A stretch of DNA of 64,000 bases from Mustelus asterias (GCF_964213995.1 NC_135803.1:113894001-113958000), one strand, 5' to 3'; counted from the stretch's first letter, positions 35,161 to 48,093 are shown. Notes: a model not told the origin generated them from the sequence alone. Program-made: numbers and translations.

Positions 35161-35407
35161 AATAGAACTTAGGGGGCACAGTGGCACAGTGAACCTGGTA
35201 GAGCCTGGCATGAGTAAGAACATGAGCAGAACCGTTTTGGCTGATTCCCAAGTGTATTGGAGGTAGAATGTGGGATGCCCGCTGAGAATGCATTGAAACA
35301 GTCAAGGCTGGAGGTGATAAAAATGTGTTTGAGTATCAGATGAGCTGAGATAGTGACAGAGTTGTGCCATGTTATAGAGGTGGAAATAAGTAGTCTTAGT
35401 TATGTTT

Positions 35408-35657
35408 GGGAGGCAGTGGCAAAGTGGTATTGTCACTGGACTAGTAATCCAGAAACACAGGGCAAAATCTGGGGACCTGGGATCAAGTCATACCATGGGC
35501 AGATGGTGAAATATGAATTCAATTAAAAAATCTGGAATTAAAAGTCTAATGATGACCATGAAACCATTGTTGTAAAAACCTACCTGGTTCGCTTAAGTCC
35601 TTCAGGGAGGGAAACCTGCCCTCCTTTCCTGGTCTGGCCTACATGTAACTCCAGATC
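35408..35657 (+). mobile_element. DeuSINE (SacSINE1-like), 3'-truncated
   Basis: tRNA-like head GGGAGGCAGTGGCAAAGTGGTATTGTCACTGGACTAGTAATCCAGA; Deu-like domain GTTGTAAAAACC..CTGGTTC..GTCCTTCAGGGAGGGAAACCTGCC..GGTCTGGCCTACATGTAACTCCAGA. Confidence 0.7.
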
Positions 35658-36019
35658 AGTTGCCATAGAGAAGGATAGATTCAGTAGCAGGGAATTAAAA
35701 CAATGGGCATGATCTTATGACCTCGTCCTGCCCATTGTTCGGTGAGGCAAGATGGTAAGATCAAGTGAGAGGTGAAAAATCAGATTCGCGCTTAGTTTCC
35801 TACCTCCCTCGATCGTACCAGCCCCGTTTTTCTGGCGAAATTGGCTTCATGCCCAGAAAGAGCACAAGCCCGATTTCAAGAATAATGACATGATTTGCAT
35901 GTCATTAATGAGTACCGGATGTTATTGTCCAGGCTCCCTTGAACTTGTTCGCTGGTCGAGCTTCCCACCAGCGAGAATCACAGCTGGTCTTCAGCAGCGG
36001 AGACGAAACGTGATGGCCT

Positions 36020-36530
36020 CGCCGGGGGATCGAAGGAGTTCCACAGGGCTGGTGATCAGGGTGGGAAAGAGGGAACTCTGCAGAGGTGGTGATTAGCGAA
36101 GGAAGGGAACTCTGCATGGCTGGTGATTGGGGTGGGATGCAGGGAGCTCTGCAGGGGTGGCGATTGGGGTGAGAGGGAGGGAACTCTGCAGGGATGGTGA
36201 TCGGGGTGGGAGGGAGGGAACTCAGCAGGGGTGGTGAGCGGCAAAGGAAGGGAACTCCACAGGGCTGGTGATCGGAGAAGGAAGGGAACTCTTCAGGGAT
36301 GGTGATTGGGGTGGGATGCAGAGAACTCTTCAGGGTGGTGATTGGGGTGGGATGCAGGGACCTCTGCAGGGGCGGTGAGCGGCAAAGGAAGGGAACTCCA
36401 CAGGGCTGGTGATCGGAGAAGGAAAGGAACTCTGCAGGGGTGGTGATTGGGGTGGGATGCAGGGAACTCTGCAGGGTGGTGATTGGGGAGGGAGGGTGGG
36501 AACTCTGCAGACGGGGGTGATTGGCAGGAG
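36020..36530 (+). repeat. G-rich minisatellite, ~33-37 bp unit, about 14 copies
   Basis: Recurrent GGAACTCTGCAGGGGTGGTGATTGGGGTGGGA(TGCA)G units with variant subtypes. Confidence 0.9.
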
Positions 36531-36824
36531 AGTGTGTAGACCAGCACAGGGGGTGATTGATGGATGGTCCTGATGTCTGTGGGATGGGTGCGAGGAGGTG
36601 GGGGGAGGGGGGAGGTGGTAACAGGAGATCACCCAGTGCAATGGTGCCCCAAGAGCGCAGCAGCTGACTTTCCCGGCGTCCTCAGGTTTCAGCAGGAGAA
36701 GTTGGCTGGCCAGCAGTTCATAGTAAATAGGATCGAGGCAGTAGGAACTGTGTCTTGTCAACAAAATACGTTCTGAGATGTGTAAGGAGAAAAAGGAGTG
36801 AAACTGCAGTTGATGGTGGTTTAG

Positions 36825-36935
36825 AGTGAGGAGCTCCTTGCTGAAGCACAGACATTTCACACATTACTCCTCGCAGAGGTTCAGGCAGGAACATTACTCT
36901 TTTAACATCCTCGACAGGTATGTCCTTCTGTTGAG
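36825..36935 (-). pseudogene. HARBI1-like Harbinger transposase N-terminal remnant
   Basis: RRTYLSRMLKE*CSCLNLCEE*CVKCLCFSKELLT resembles R.Y..R....SYL.LSEEQC.RRLRF.KE; in-frame stops. Confidence 0.5.
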
Positions 36936-38679
36936 TCCTTCTCCAGCAGTTTGTCCTGCTCTGTGTGACCCCTGTTCACTCCCCATTAAGATGTGCCACA
37001 TTTCAAGGGGAATGTCGAGCAAAGTCTGGGAGCAAAGGAGCAGAAATGTTTGCTTCATGTAAAATTGTTTCAATATCGACCACACCACTTGCTGTAGATT
37101 TTTACAATTATAGAAACACTTGTCGAATCAAACCAACAGCCATCAGAAATCCACCAACAACTAACCTGTAAGCAGTTGATGGTCCCTTTAAATGTGCTGG
37201 TGGGAGGTTCTTCCTGCTGCTTAAGGTGCAGTACAACTTTAAGAGAGGGCATTAGCTGTAACATGGAAACCCAAGATGGCATCACTGATGTCAAATCAGT
37301 ATTGCTCGCTGATTCACACCATGCCCTGCTTGCTCTGTGTTCCTCAAACAGCTCTTCACTTTCCACAGCTATCCACTACACATACACTAATGCTTTCACC
37401 AACATGGTGTCCAGTGGGATTTTCACTGAAGAGGCATGCACTGCGAACCCATTCTGTTCTCCAAATAGCACCTGTATCACCCAAACAAAGGGTATTATTA
37501 ATCCCACTTGCACACCACATCCTGAATGTTTCCATTGTAGGTCACGATTCATTTTTTTCACAAATTTTCAAGTTCAGATGTGCTGAAGTGTACCAGAGAA
37601 CTGCACAGCATATTAATTATGCACTATGCTAACGTGCATTTTGCCTCCTAACGGTTAGATGCAAATGAGACAGGCACTGTCATGTGGGGTGGGAAATTAT
37701 TGTATACTTTGTCTCTGTGACTGCAATGTAAAACTATCCAAAGCCACATATTAGGTGATTTTATGACAAGCGTGTGCACTTTTGACAAGAAATTAGCACT
37801 TGGCAGTCCCCGACCATCGCCTAAGTCTCCATCTGTTGATATGCTGTAAGCGATGTTGGTACCAGACAACATTTTAATTTCTGTCATCTCCATTTTTCAA
37901 CCATTTCTCCACTTGGTTAAAAGTAAAGTTCACAAAAATGAAATGACATGAGTTATTGTTGTCCAGGACATCTGGAGCAATGAGCTGCTCGTGGCACAAG
38001 CGACCTCTCTGGAGCCAACCCTTGGACGAATGGCAGCTGCCACCCTCCAGAAGTATTGTGAAGTGAGGGAGTGACAGTCTGGACTGTGTGCTGAGTACAG
38101 GGCAGAACTAACGTACCAACAGTAGGAGCTTACTCAGGTGGGAGCAAGCATGACTCCAGCATCTGGCTTTGTCCAATTACCGCATTTGCAGCTTTGCAAG
38201 GTCTGGTAGAAAACTGGCATTGAATAATTTGTGAAGCGTATAGACTTTTGAAATACCAATTGTGCTTACATTCCAGGTTATACAGTTTTATGATATTGAT
38301 TGTACTATATTTAGATGCTTTTTTATGACGTTACTACTTTCCATTATCTCTTGCTAGCTGAATTGTTAAACGTTCAATTAATTGACTTTCTGCTTTGTTA
38401 TTTTCATTTTGCCTGAGTGAGGATTGGAAAGATTCTTTTTTGCCTTATTTCTTTTCCTATGCTTTTATTTTCTTGCCACTCCTAGGAGATTACGGGAAGG
38501 CAGTGTTGGCTAGGAAGTGTCTAAACACAATGCTCCAGACCTCTCCTCTCTTATTTCTCAGTGACATTTTTTTCTCACTCAGCAATTTCTTATGTCCCAT
38601 TTTCTTGATACTCAATTTGCCCACAGAAACTTGGTCAAAGCAAGTGATACATTTCTATCATATATTTGTTTCCAATGTA

Positions 38680-39205
38680 TTGCACTGCCCAAGGGGCAAA
38701 ATGCCCATGCCCAGGGGGTACCTTGGCACTGCCCACCATGCATGGGTCAGTGCCGAGGGGGTAGGGCTTAAGGAGTAGGCCAGTTGGGGGGTCTGTGGGG
38801 GGGGGGATCGTCACTGCTGGGGGGCAGGGGGGTGGGGCTGGGGCTGGAGATCAAGCAGTCCAGGACTGGGGGGGTTGGTTCGGGACTGGCCGGCAATTGG
38901 ACATGGGAGCCGCGATCGGGCCGTGGGGGGATGGAGGGGCAGCACTGGAGTACCGGGTCCCGGGCTGGCCAGCAAACTGCAGGCTGACAGATAGGGGCCA
39001 CTACGCATGCACAGAGGCCCGGAACTGTCAACCTCTAACGCGAATAAGTCCCACCCGCAAGCTTTAAATGATATTCGGAGTTGTGACCTCTGCATTGCAC
39101 AGAGTGTGGGAGATTCGAGGCCAAAGTTGCAGTGAAAAAACAATCGTGATTCACACCGGTTTTCCCACAAATTCAGCACTTCGAACTTTTTTGGGAGAAT
39201 CGCCG
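38680..39205. mobile_element. Non-autonomous Harbinger-like element, partial
   Basis: End TTTTGGGAGAATCGCC is complementary to the 5024 terminus; shared internal GGCACTGCCC motifs. Confidence 0.55.
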
Positions 39206-39929
39206 CTATGGAGTCAACCCTTCCCATTTTGTCTGTCTGTGAAATTAGTCAATTTTAGTGGAGCCAGAACTGTTGCTGTGGGTGGCTGAAATAAAGGTAT
39301 TCCTTATTTCCTCTTTGGCTCTTTGTGGAATTAGAAGTGTGGTGCAATTGTAGCAGGAATCTGTGAGCATCTTTATTCAAGGTCAATGGCAAAAGCTGTT
39401 TCATCTTTGCCTGCAGAATCCAGGCTAATGTAGATATGCACAGAGAGAGCTGAGTAATTCCTGATATTAGAGTTTGCCATTACCAAAGTGAGTTATTGTA
39501 GAAAATTTAAAATGATAACAGTCATTACATTTCTAGTCAACCCTTTTGCATTGTGAGATTGGTCATGGACAAGCAGATGAGTTTATAGAAAAAAAACAAA
39601 TTGTAGAAAGAAAGACTTTCTGCTGCTCCTTCAGTGCACTTGAGGCTAAATAATTTCAGCTTTATGAGTAGACATTAAATCTTTCCTTGCTGGTGATTTA
39701 TCAGAGTGCGTGGTGAATTGAATTGAATTAATATAGGAAGAAAGAGTCTTTCTCCTTTTGTGAAAAGTATGAACGTTAGTGAATGGGCAGGGATGGCAGG
39801 TGGGAAGGGCAGTAGGGTGGCACGTGGGAAAGGTGGCAGGTGGGAAATGGGATAGTGGGGTAACAGGTGGGTAGAGTTGCAGGATGGCAGATGGGTAGGA
39901 TGCTAGGGTAGCAGGTGGGCAAGTTTTTA

Positions 39930-40232
39930 AAAAAGTTTATTTATTAGTGTCATAAAACGGCTTACATTAACACTGCGATGAAGCTACCGTAAAAATCCCC
40001 TAGTCGTCACACTCTGTCGCCTGTTTGGGTACACTGAGGGAGAATTTAACATGGCCAAATGCACCTAACCAATATGTCTTTTGACCTGTGGGAGGAAACT
40101 GGAGCACCCGGAGGAAACCCACGCAGACACAGGGAGCACGTGCGGACTCTGCATAGACAGTCACCCTTGCCGGGAATTGAATCTGGGCCCCCGACGCTGT
40201 GAGGCAGCACTGCTAGCCACTGTGCCACCGTG
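39930..40232 (-). mobile_element. V-SINE, alternative-tail subfamily
   Basis: Reverse complement of head, V-domain and GACACTAATAAATAAAC tail. Confidence 0.85.
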
Positions 40233-40550
40233 CGGGAGATTGTAAGGTGGATAGAATGGCAGGTGGGTGACATTGCTGAGTGGGTAGATGGGTTGGTGTA
40301 GTCGGATTTGGTTGGGAGGCCATGGGCTAGTCAGATTGAGTCAGGGGATTAATTGAGTCAGGTCGGTGGTAGGTAGTCATGAAGTTTGAGGTTATTTTTG
40401 GGGGTGGGGGGACAATCAGTGTGAGTGATTGGAGGGTTAGTTAGTTACCCAGGATTAGAATCATATTTTCCTGTCTAATATTTCCTGGGTAACTATCTAG
40501 GTAAGTAAGTCAGTCCTATCCAAAGTGTGCAATTCTAACTCAGAATTGAA

Positions 40551-41561
40551 GGGCCCGATTTTACCATCGCGTTGCGCCCATTTTCAGGTTGAAAATTTGA
40601 TAAAGTCGGGCATGAGGCGAGTAGCGCGATCTGCGCCCTCCTCCGCGCCGGTTCCCCCTTTACCAAGGCCTGAAAATGGCCGTGATCGGGACCGCGCCTG
40701 AAACGGGCGCAATGGCCATTTAAATGCATTTGCATGCATTTAAATTGACTTAATGAGCTGCACGCCCAACTTTACCAGCACTTCCCCCTTTATCACCACG
40801 TTCACACATTGACACGAAAGAGACATGCTCCATAGATGTGTGATTTGGGCGCTCCAGTTAGTGAGGAGATAGGTGCCTAATGTCCGACAGCTCTCTGCTT
40901 GAGATCGGTATTGGGGGGGGAGGTGGGGGAGGAGGCGGGCGGAAGGTGGGGGATCCGTTACCACTCTGTCTGAGATCAGTGAAGGGGAAGGGGGGGTCTG
41001 CTGCCACTCTGCCTAAGATTAGTGGGGGGGGGGGGGGGGGGGGGGGTCCGCTGCCTCTCTGCCTGAGATCAGTAGGGGAGGGGAAGGGGGAGAGACCCGC
41101 AATCGGTCTGGGTGGCAGGGGGTGGGGGGATAAGGGGGTCAGTAATGTTGTGGGTGTGGGGCAATGTCTGTGGGGGCCAGGGGGAGGCATTATCCGGCCC
41201 AGGTGATTTGCCTTAAATTAGAATGAGCACTTTGGTTATCACTTGGCCCTGAGCTGGGTACCCTCCCTATATCATCTCCATCACAGACTACCTAACTTGA
41301 CCTCCGTAATAGACCAGGGGAGCAGCGTTCTATAATTTGTTTATCTGCGCATGTGCAGTTGGAGGTGCCGGTCGGGGTTGCAGGGTTTTGGGCGTGTTAA
41401 GCCCCGCCCACAGGCTTGTGCAGCGTGATTCGGAATCGCTGATATTTTTTCAGGCAGAGTGCGCATGGGGGTGCCTGAGAACGGGCCTAAAAGTCGGATC
41501 TGAAACACTGCCAGTTTCAAGTCCGCCCAGCATTTAGAATCAAAATGGTAAAATAGGGCCC
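40551..41561. mobile_element. Non-autonomous Harbinger-type element (1011 bp) nested in an older repeat
   Basis: TIRs GGGCCCGATTTTACCAT / ATGGTAAAATAGGGCCC (16/17), flanks GAA/TAA, CpG-rich, long G runs. Confidence 0.85.
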
Positions 41562-41631
41562 TAAGTGTCCCAGGGAGCAGGAGAATTTCCCATCAGAAGT
41601 TTAACCTTCCTCGGCAATTCCAACTGTGTCA

Positions 41632-41838
41632 ATGGCTGGAATTTTCCAGCCCCCATGCCTGTTTTTCCCACAGCAGAGGCAGCTTGCCATTGGTTGCCAG
41701 TGGGATCTTCTGGTCCCACCAAAGGTAATGGCAATTTTCAAGGCTCGCCCATCCTGCGGCCAGAGAACATGTCACGAAGGTCGATTTTGGTGGGGCAGGA
41801 AGATTCTGCTGGCGGGAAAGGCCAGGAAAATCTCCCAA
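41632..41838. mobile_element. Harbinger-type MITE
   Basis: GGCTGGAATTTTCC ... GGAAAATCTCCC termini, AAT flanks. Confidence 0.65.
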
Positions 41839-42109
41839 TTGTGTTGGGACTTCCCATCAAACATCTTGGGTCGTACGTCCAGTCTCTTATATTCTGGTGA
41901 CCATAAGATCTGGGCCATTTTCTGGCAGCTTTTGTGAAATAATATGAACATTTATATGAAATAAGAAGTTTGGTTGAACTGCTGAAAGCTCTTTTCTTTT
42001 TGTGATTTGCCTTAAATTAGAGTGAGCACTTTGGTTATCACTTGGCCCAGAACTGGGCACCCTCCCTATATCTTAACTTAACCTCTGTAATAGACCTGAT
42101 CATTCCAAT

Positions 42110-42750
42110 GCTGTAACAGACTGCACTCATCAAGCATTCTCTTGGCCGAGCTCTCTACTTCACCCCCAATAAACTTGAATTCATCCAAAACTCTTCTGCC
42201 TGTATCTAAACCTGCAACAAGTCTCATTCACGTGTTTGTCCACCAACACTTCAATTTATGAAATTCTCATCCTCATATTCAAATCCTTCCCTGGCCCCAT
42301 TTCTTCCCCATTTCTTCCCATCTCTCCAGCCCTGCAAATCTTCAAAAACTCCGCATTCCTCCAACTCTGACCTCATTTATTAATTATTAAAACAAATATA
42401 AAGCCTGCAGACAACTGTGTAATTCTACAGATGATGTATATCAGTAGAATATAAGCTGCAGACTTAATTATAAAAAAGAGTTCATGAGTTAAACTATCCC
42501 TCAACTTTAAACACTCTGCCATTGAAAATTGTGCCTTTTAGCTCCTAGGCCCTGGAACTCCTCCCCTAAACCTCTCTGGACCTCTACCTCTTCATCCACT
42601 TTTAAGATGCTCCTTGAATCCTGCTTCTTCGGCAAAGCTATTAATCAAAAATCCTCATGTCTCCGTCTTTGGCATGGTGTCAATTTGTCTAATAACACTC
42701 TTATGAAGTGCTTTGCGACATCTTTCTACATTAAAGGGCACCATATAAGT
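42110..42750 (+). mobile_element. Old L2 LINE 3' remnant
   Basis: KLEFIQNSSA, KILILIFKS, LAPRPWNSSPKPL..FKMLL; tail GTGCTTTGCGACATCTTTCTACATTAAAGG. Confidence 0.6.
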
Positions 42751-43409
42751 TCAACTAATCTTTGTAAACCTGTCTTTGGCATGAACAATAAACGCCTTGG
42801 TGTGTCTACGAATGTAAGAATATAAATTGATACACAATGCGTAAAGTCATCAAACAAATTCCTTCAAGTAAAATCTTTCTTACGAATTCTATAATTAAGT
42901 TTGCAGCCGGGAGTACGTCCTTTCAATATACACTTCCCGTAACATTATAGACAGTTATGAGCAATATTTATACATGTATATTTATGAATAATAAAGTATT
43001 TTTGGAGAGGGCATGCAGACTCAATCCTCAGATACATTAGCTGAAGATCTCCTTTTAATGCAGATACTATGTCAAGTAGCAGTGATTGAAGCAGAGATGT
43101 CGATTAGTATTATGCCATGTGCCAACTCTAGATTGATAATATCCACTGCAAGAAACTGGATCAAAGTAAGTGGATTTTGGAAAAAATAAATCATTGTTTC
43201 TTGTGCTGTATCACTTGTTTACCCAAAGTCATTCTGTATTTCCATCATTTTTGTTGTCACCATTGTTGTTACTTGAATGTCGAACAGCAGGAGTTGTGAT
43301 TCAAGTATGGGTAAGCAACTCTTTATTTGTTATCTTATCCTCTAATTAAAAAGTAGCTCATATTTATAGAATGTCATATGAATATGGTATGAATTCACAT
43401 GTTTGAAGC

Positions 43410-43950
43410 ATGACCAGAACTTCCATTCTCCAGGGGTGTTGTACTTTGGAGGTATCCCAGAAGATGCGCAGACCACTCCTCCCACTGGAAGTCCTCAGGC
43501 AAGGAATGCACAGGAATAGCCTCAGAAATTTAAACTTCTGATGGGCAAATACCCTGCATGCGGAACAATCCGGAACTCCGATTTACATCCCGGACTTTGG
43601 ATGGCTCTGATTCTCATGGCAGAATAGTTACCCAGGAAACGTTAGAAGGATTAAAAGCACATCGAACTCGTGGGTAACTATGATATTGACCAACTCCCCT
43701 CACCAACCCCCTGACTACCCTTCTGACTCCCCAACAACCCACCTCCATCGCCTGACAGATCTCCCCACCCCCCGAGCCACCTTAAAAGGGACCTCCTGAA
43801 CAGCCCTGACTCATCCTACCTACTTAGCTTCTTTCCTGTCAGTGACTGGGTCAGTGCTGAAAAAGGGACTTGAGGCTTCACTTCCCCTGTGCTGCTGCCC
43901 TGCAGATAGGAGCAACGTGGTAATCCAACTCCACGGAAGTTCTGGGCCAT
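43410..43950. mobile_element. Non-autonomous DNA-transposon-like repeat
   Basis: GTTACCCAGG / GGGTAAC internal inverted motifs; related in reverse orientation to 40440-40550 plus 41562-41620; GACCAGAACTTCC / GGAAGTTCTGGGC termini. Confidence 0.5.
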
Positions 43951-44309
43951 ATTATTGTAACTATAGCTTTTTTACCCCATCTATTCCTGCTATGATCTAA
44001 CTTCCAATTGGTCCAAGAAATATATTGTCACCACACACCACTCAAAACCAGTTGACACCCATTTGAATCTTACAATGACAGGTTTCCACCAAGCGACAAT
44101 GTTGAAAATTACTCCTATTGTTACTGGAGCAAAATCTGGGAGAACATCTGTAGAAAAAAATGACTAGGCTTGTAATAACATTCTTGAGAGTGTGAACATT
44201 TATTTAAAAACTGTGATGGACCTGATTTAGGCTAATGTACACACGTCAATGAAACCAGCACCCGACTGTTCCTGCTGGGCTTCAAACTGAAATACGAAGC
44301 AATGTTTTT

Positions 44310-44813
44310 AGAAACATAGAAACATAGAAGATAAGAGCAAGAGGAGGCCATTTGGTCCTTCGTGCCTGCTCTGCCATTCATTACAATTCATTACGATCAT
44401 GGCTGATCATCCAACTCAATAGCCTAATCCTACTTTCTCCCCATAACCTTTGATCCCATTCGCCCCAAGTACTATATCTAGCCACCTCTTGAATACATTC
44501 AATGTTTTGGCATCAACTACTTCTTGTGGTAGTAAATTCCACAGGCTCACCACTCTTTGGGTGAAGAAATGTCCCCGCATCTCCGTCCTAAATGATCTAC
44601 CCTAAATCCTCAGACTGTGACCCCTGGTTCTGGACACCCCCACCATCGGGAACATCCTCCCTGCATCTACCCTGTCTAGTAGTCCTGTTAGAATTTTATA
44701 AGTCTCTATGAGATCCCACATCAATCATCTGAACTCCAGCAAAAACAATCCTAACCTAGTCAATCTCTCCTCATACATCAGTCCCGCCATCCCCAGAATC
44801 AGCCTGGTAAACC
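44310..44813 (-). mobile_element. CR1 3' fragment
   Basis: (AGAAACAT)n tail, 3' UTR and ORF2 end similar to 5692-6060. Confidence 0.9.
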
Positions 44814-45074
44814 TAGAAGGGTGAGAGGAGGTCGGGTGGGGGATCAATATAACAAACAATAGGTGCATTTTATAACGGATATGCTTCACTCTGCCACTCA
44901 AGCAATGAAGTTAATGGTTATTCCATATGGCTTCTTTTTTCTCAGAGTTAGAGAGCAGCATCTGATCCAACTCCACCGTATTGTTGTCTTCTTTGCTCTC
45001 TGTACCCATATTTTGTGGAGTTATAATCTGAGGGACAACGAGTATGCCTTTAACTGATGCTTTGGGAACATGAC

Positions 45075-46354
45075 CAGTGCTTCGAAAGATTAGTCATGGC
45101 ACAAATCAAGTCCAGCCTCCTGGATTACCTGGATCCACTACAGTTTGTCTACCGTCGCAATAGGCCATTTCCCTGGCTCTGCACTCAACCCTGGAACACC
45201 TAGATAGCAAGGACATCTATGTCAGACTCCTATTTATTGACTACAGCTCAGCCTTCAACACTATTATTCCCATGAAACTCATCTCTAAACTCCATGACCT
45301 GGGCCTCGGCACCTCCCTCTGCGACTGAATCCTGAACTTCCTAACTCACAGACCACAATCAGTAAGGAAAGGCAACAACACCTCCTCCACGATCATCCTC
45401 AACACTGGTGCCCCACAAGGCTGTGTTCTCAGCCCCCCTACTATACTCCTTATACACCTATGACTGTGTGGCCAAATTCCCCTCCAATTCGATTTTCAAG
45501 TTTGCTGACGACATCACCGTAGTGGGTTGGATCTTAAACAATGATGAGAGAGTACAGGAATGAGATAGAGAATCTGGTGAACTGGTGCGGCAACAATAAT
45601 CTCTCCCTCAATGTCAACTAAATGAAGGAGATTGTCATTGACTTCAGGAAGCATAGAGGAGAACATGCCCCTGTCTACATCAAAGGGGACGAAGTAGAAA
45701 GGGTTGAGAGCTTCAGGTTTTTAGGTGTCCAGATTACCAACAACCTGTCCTGGTCCCCCCATGCTGACACTATAGTTAAGAAAGCCCACAATGCCTCTAC
45801 TTTCTCAGAAGACTAAGGAATTTGGCATGTCAGCTACGACTCTCACCAACTTTTACAGATGCACCATAGAAAGCATTCTCTCTGGTTGTATCACAGCTTT
45901 ATTTGGCTCCTGCTCTGCCCAAGACCGCAAGGAACTACAATAGGTCATGAATGTAGCCCAATCCATCATGCAAACCAGCCTCCCATCCATTGACTCTGTC
46001 TACACTTCCCAATGCCTCAGCAAAGCTGCCAACATAATTAAGGACCCCACGCACCCCGGGCATTCTCTCTTCCACCTTCTTCCTTCGGGAAAAAGATACA
46101 AAAGTCTGAGGTCACGTACCATCCGACTCAAGAACAGCTTCTTCCCTGTTACAGTCAGACTTTTGAATGGACTTACCTTGCATTAAATTGATCTTTCTCT
46201 ACACCCTAGCTATGACTGTAACACTACATTCTGCACTCTCTCATTTCCTTCTCTATGAACGGTATGTTTTGTCTGTATAGCGCACATGAAACAATACTTT
46301 TCACTGTATGTTAATACACGTGACAATAATAAGTCAAATCAAATCAAAATCAAA
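45075..46354 (+). mobile_element. Rex1/Babar-type LINE, 5'-truncated, frameshifted
   Basis: [111 protein letters not shown]; (CAAAT)n tail. Confidence 0.88.
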
Positions 46355-48093
46355 GGATACTTTCCGCTTCTTCCATTTGATGTCTGTGGAGCAAAAAATT
46401 GAGATGTTATAAAGTGAACTTCTGCCAAGAGTGCTGGCAGGACAGTAGGAATGATTGTTTCAGTTTGTTCTTTCCACTACACACTTGGCACAGTTCCTGA
46501 CAATTTCTTTAAGCCGCTTGCTCGAGCCTGACCATAGCATACTTTGGTTTAGCTGATTCTCTACTTTTTCAGATCTCTTACTATCCTGTATTTATTCCAC
46601 TCAACATTTCAAGCCCAGGAATCATTGACTGAGTGCTTTTCAATAAGTATTTATCTTGGGCTGACAGTTTTCCTTTCATTGTCCAGCCTCTGAGCTATGT
46701 GGAGAGAAGTTAAAGAGGGGCCAATTATTTAGAGTCACAGAATAGTAATGGTGCAAAAGGAGGTCATTCAACTGATTGTATCTGTACCAGCTTTCCAAAT
46801 GAACATTAATGACCGAGTGCAATTCCCCTGACTTTTCACTGTACCCCTGCTCACTGTTTCTACTGAAATACCATCTAATGCCCTCCTAAAAGCTTTGCCT
46901 GAATGTGCCTCCAACACACTTCCAGGTTTTTTTTCACATCACATTTGCTTTTTTAGCAAATCACTTTAAATGTGTGCCCTCTCATTCTTGATCCTGTAAT
47001 GAATGAAAACAGTTTCTCCCTGTCAACTCTGTTCAACCCCTTCATTATTTTAAACATCTCTACCAAATCTCCTTTTTGAATTCTCTCTCCAAGGAGAACA
47101 GTCCCAACCTCTATGCACTTTATTACCTGATTGTCCACCTGTTCTGCCATCTTCTATGATCTATGCACATATACACCCAGGTCCTCTGCTCCTGTACCCG
47201 TTTAAAAAATTTTCCCCTTACTTTATACCATGTTCTTTCTACCAAAATATGTCGCCTTACATTTCTCTGCATTGAACTTCATCTGCCACCTATCTGCCCA
47301 CTTCACCAACTTGTCTATGTCCTTTTGAAGTTCGACACCGTCCTCTTCACAGTTTACCATACTTCCAAGTTTCAGTTTCATCCACAAACTTTGAAATTGC
47401 CCCCTGTATATCAAGATCTATCTCATGAATATATATTAGGAAAAGCAAAGGTCTCCCTACTGACTTCTGGGGAACTCCACTACAAACCTTCCTCCAGCCT
47501 GAAAAATATCCTTTGGCTGTTAATCTCTGCTTCCTATTATTCAGCCAATTTTGTATCCACATTGCTGCTGTCTCTTTTATTTCATGTGCTATAATTTTTT
47601 TCACAAGTCTGTTGTGTGGCATTTTATCAAAATCCACGTACACCATGTCAACAATATTAGCCTCATCAATCCTTTCTGTTGGCTCTTCAAAACTCCAGCA
47701 AGTTAGTTAAACACAATTTTCTGCTTTAGAAATCCATGCTGGCTCTTCCTAAACAACCCATATTTTTCCATGTGACTATTAATTCTATCCCAAATAATTG
47801 TTTCTAGAAGCTTGCCTATCACTGTTAAACCAGCTGCTCTATAATTCCTGGGGCTATCCTTTTAACACTTTTGAAACAAAGGTGTGATCTTTGCTATTCT
47901 CCAGTCCTCTGACACCTCTCTGAGTCTAGTAAGGACGGAACCATTATGGCCAATGTTCCTACAATTTCCACTCTCGCTTCCTTCAAAATCCTTGGATATA
48001 TCTCATTCAGTGCCGGTGCCTTGTCAAATTTTATACCGAGAGTCTAGTGAATACTTCCTACTTATCAATTCCGAAAACCCTTTTAGAGACAGA

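Larger units (their letters stand above)
34140..35400 (-). mobile_element. Old L2 LINE 3' remnant interrupted by two SINEs
   Basis: Minus strand MFTDSHWLPVKNTLILKFSSL (LHWLPV..RI.FK motif); flanks continue after 35165. Confidence 0.6.
35705..37200. mobile_element. Harbinger-like element with internal minisatellite and transposase remnant
   Basis: Terminus GGGCATGATCTTATG; G-rich minisatellite; HARBI1-like N-terminal peptide on minus strand. Right boundary uncertain. Confidence 0.45.

Noticed and set aside
36020-36530. CRISPR-like array
   Set aside because: Contiguous degenerate tandem units with no unique spacers, no cas genes and a vertebrate context.
41024-41046. Long poly-G and poly-C runs (also 872-890 and 8139-8157) as functional elements
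   Set aside because: They lie inside MITEs where such runs expand, and homopolymer lengths are prone to sequencing error.
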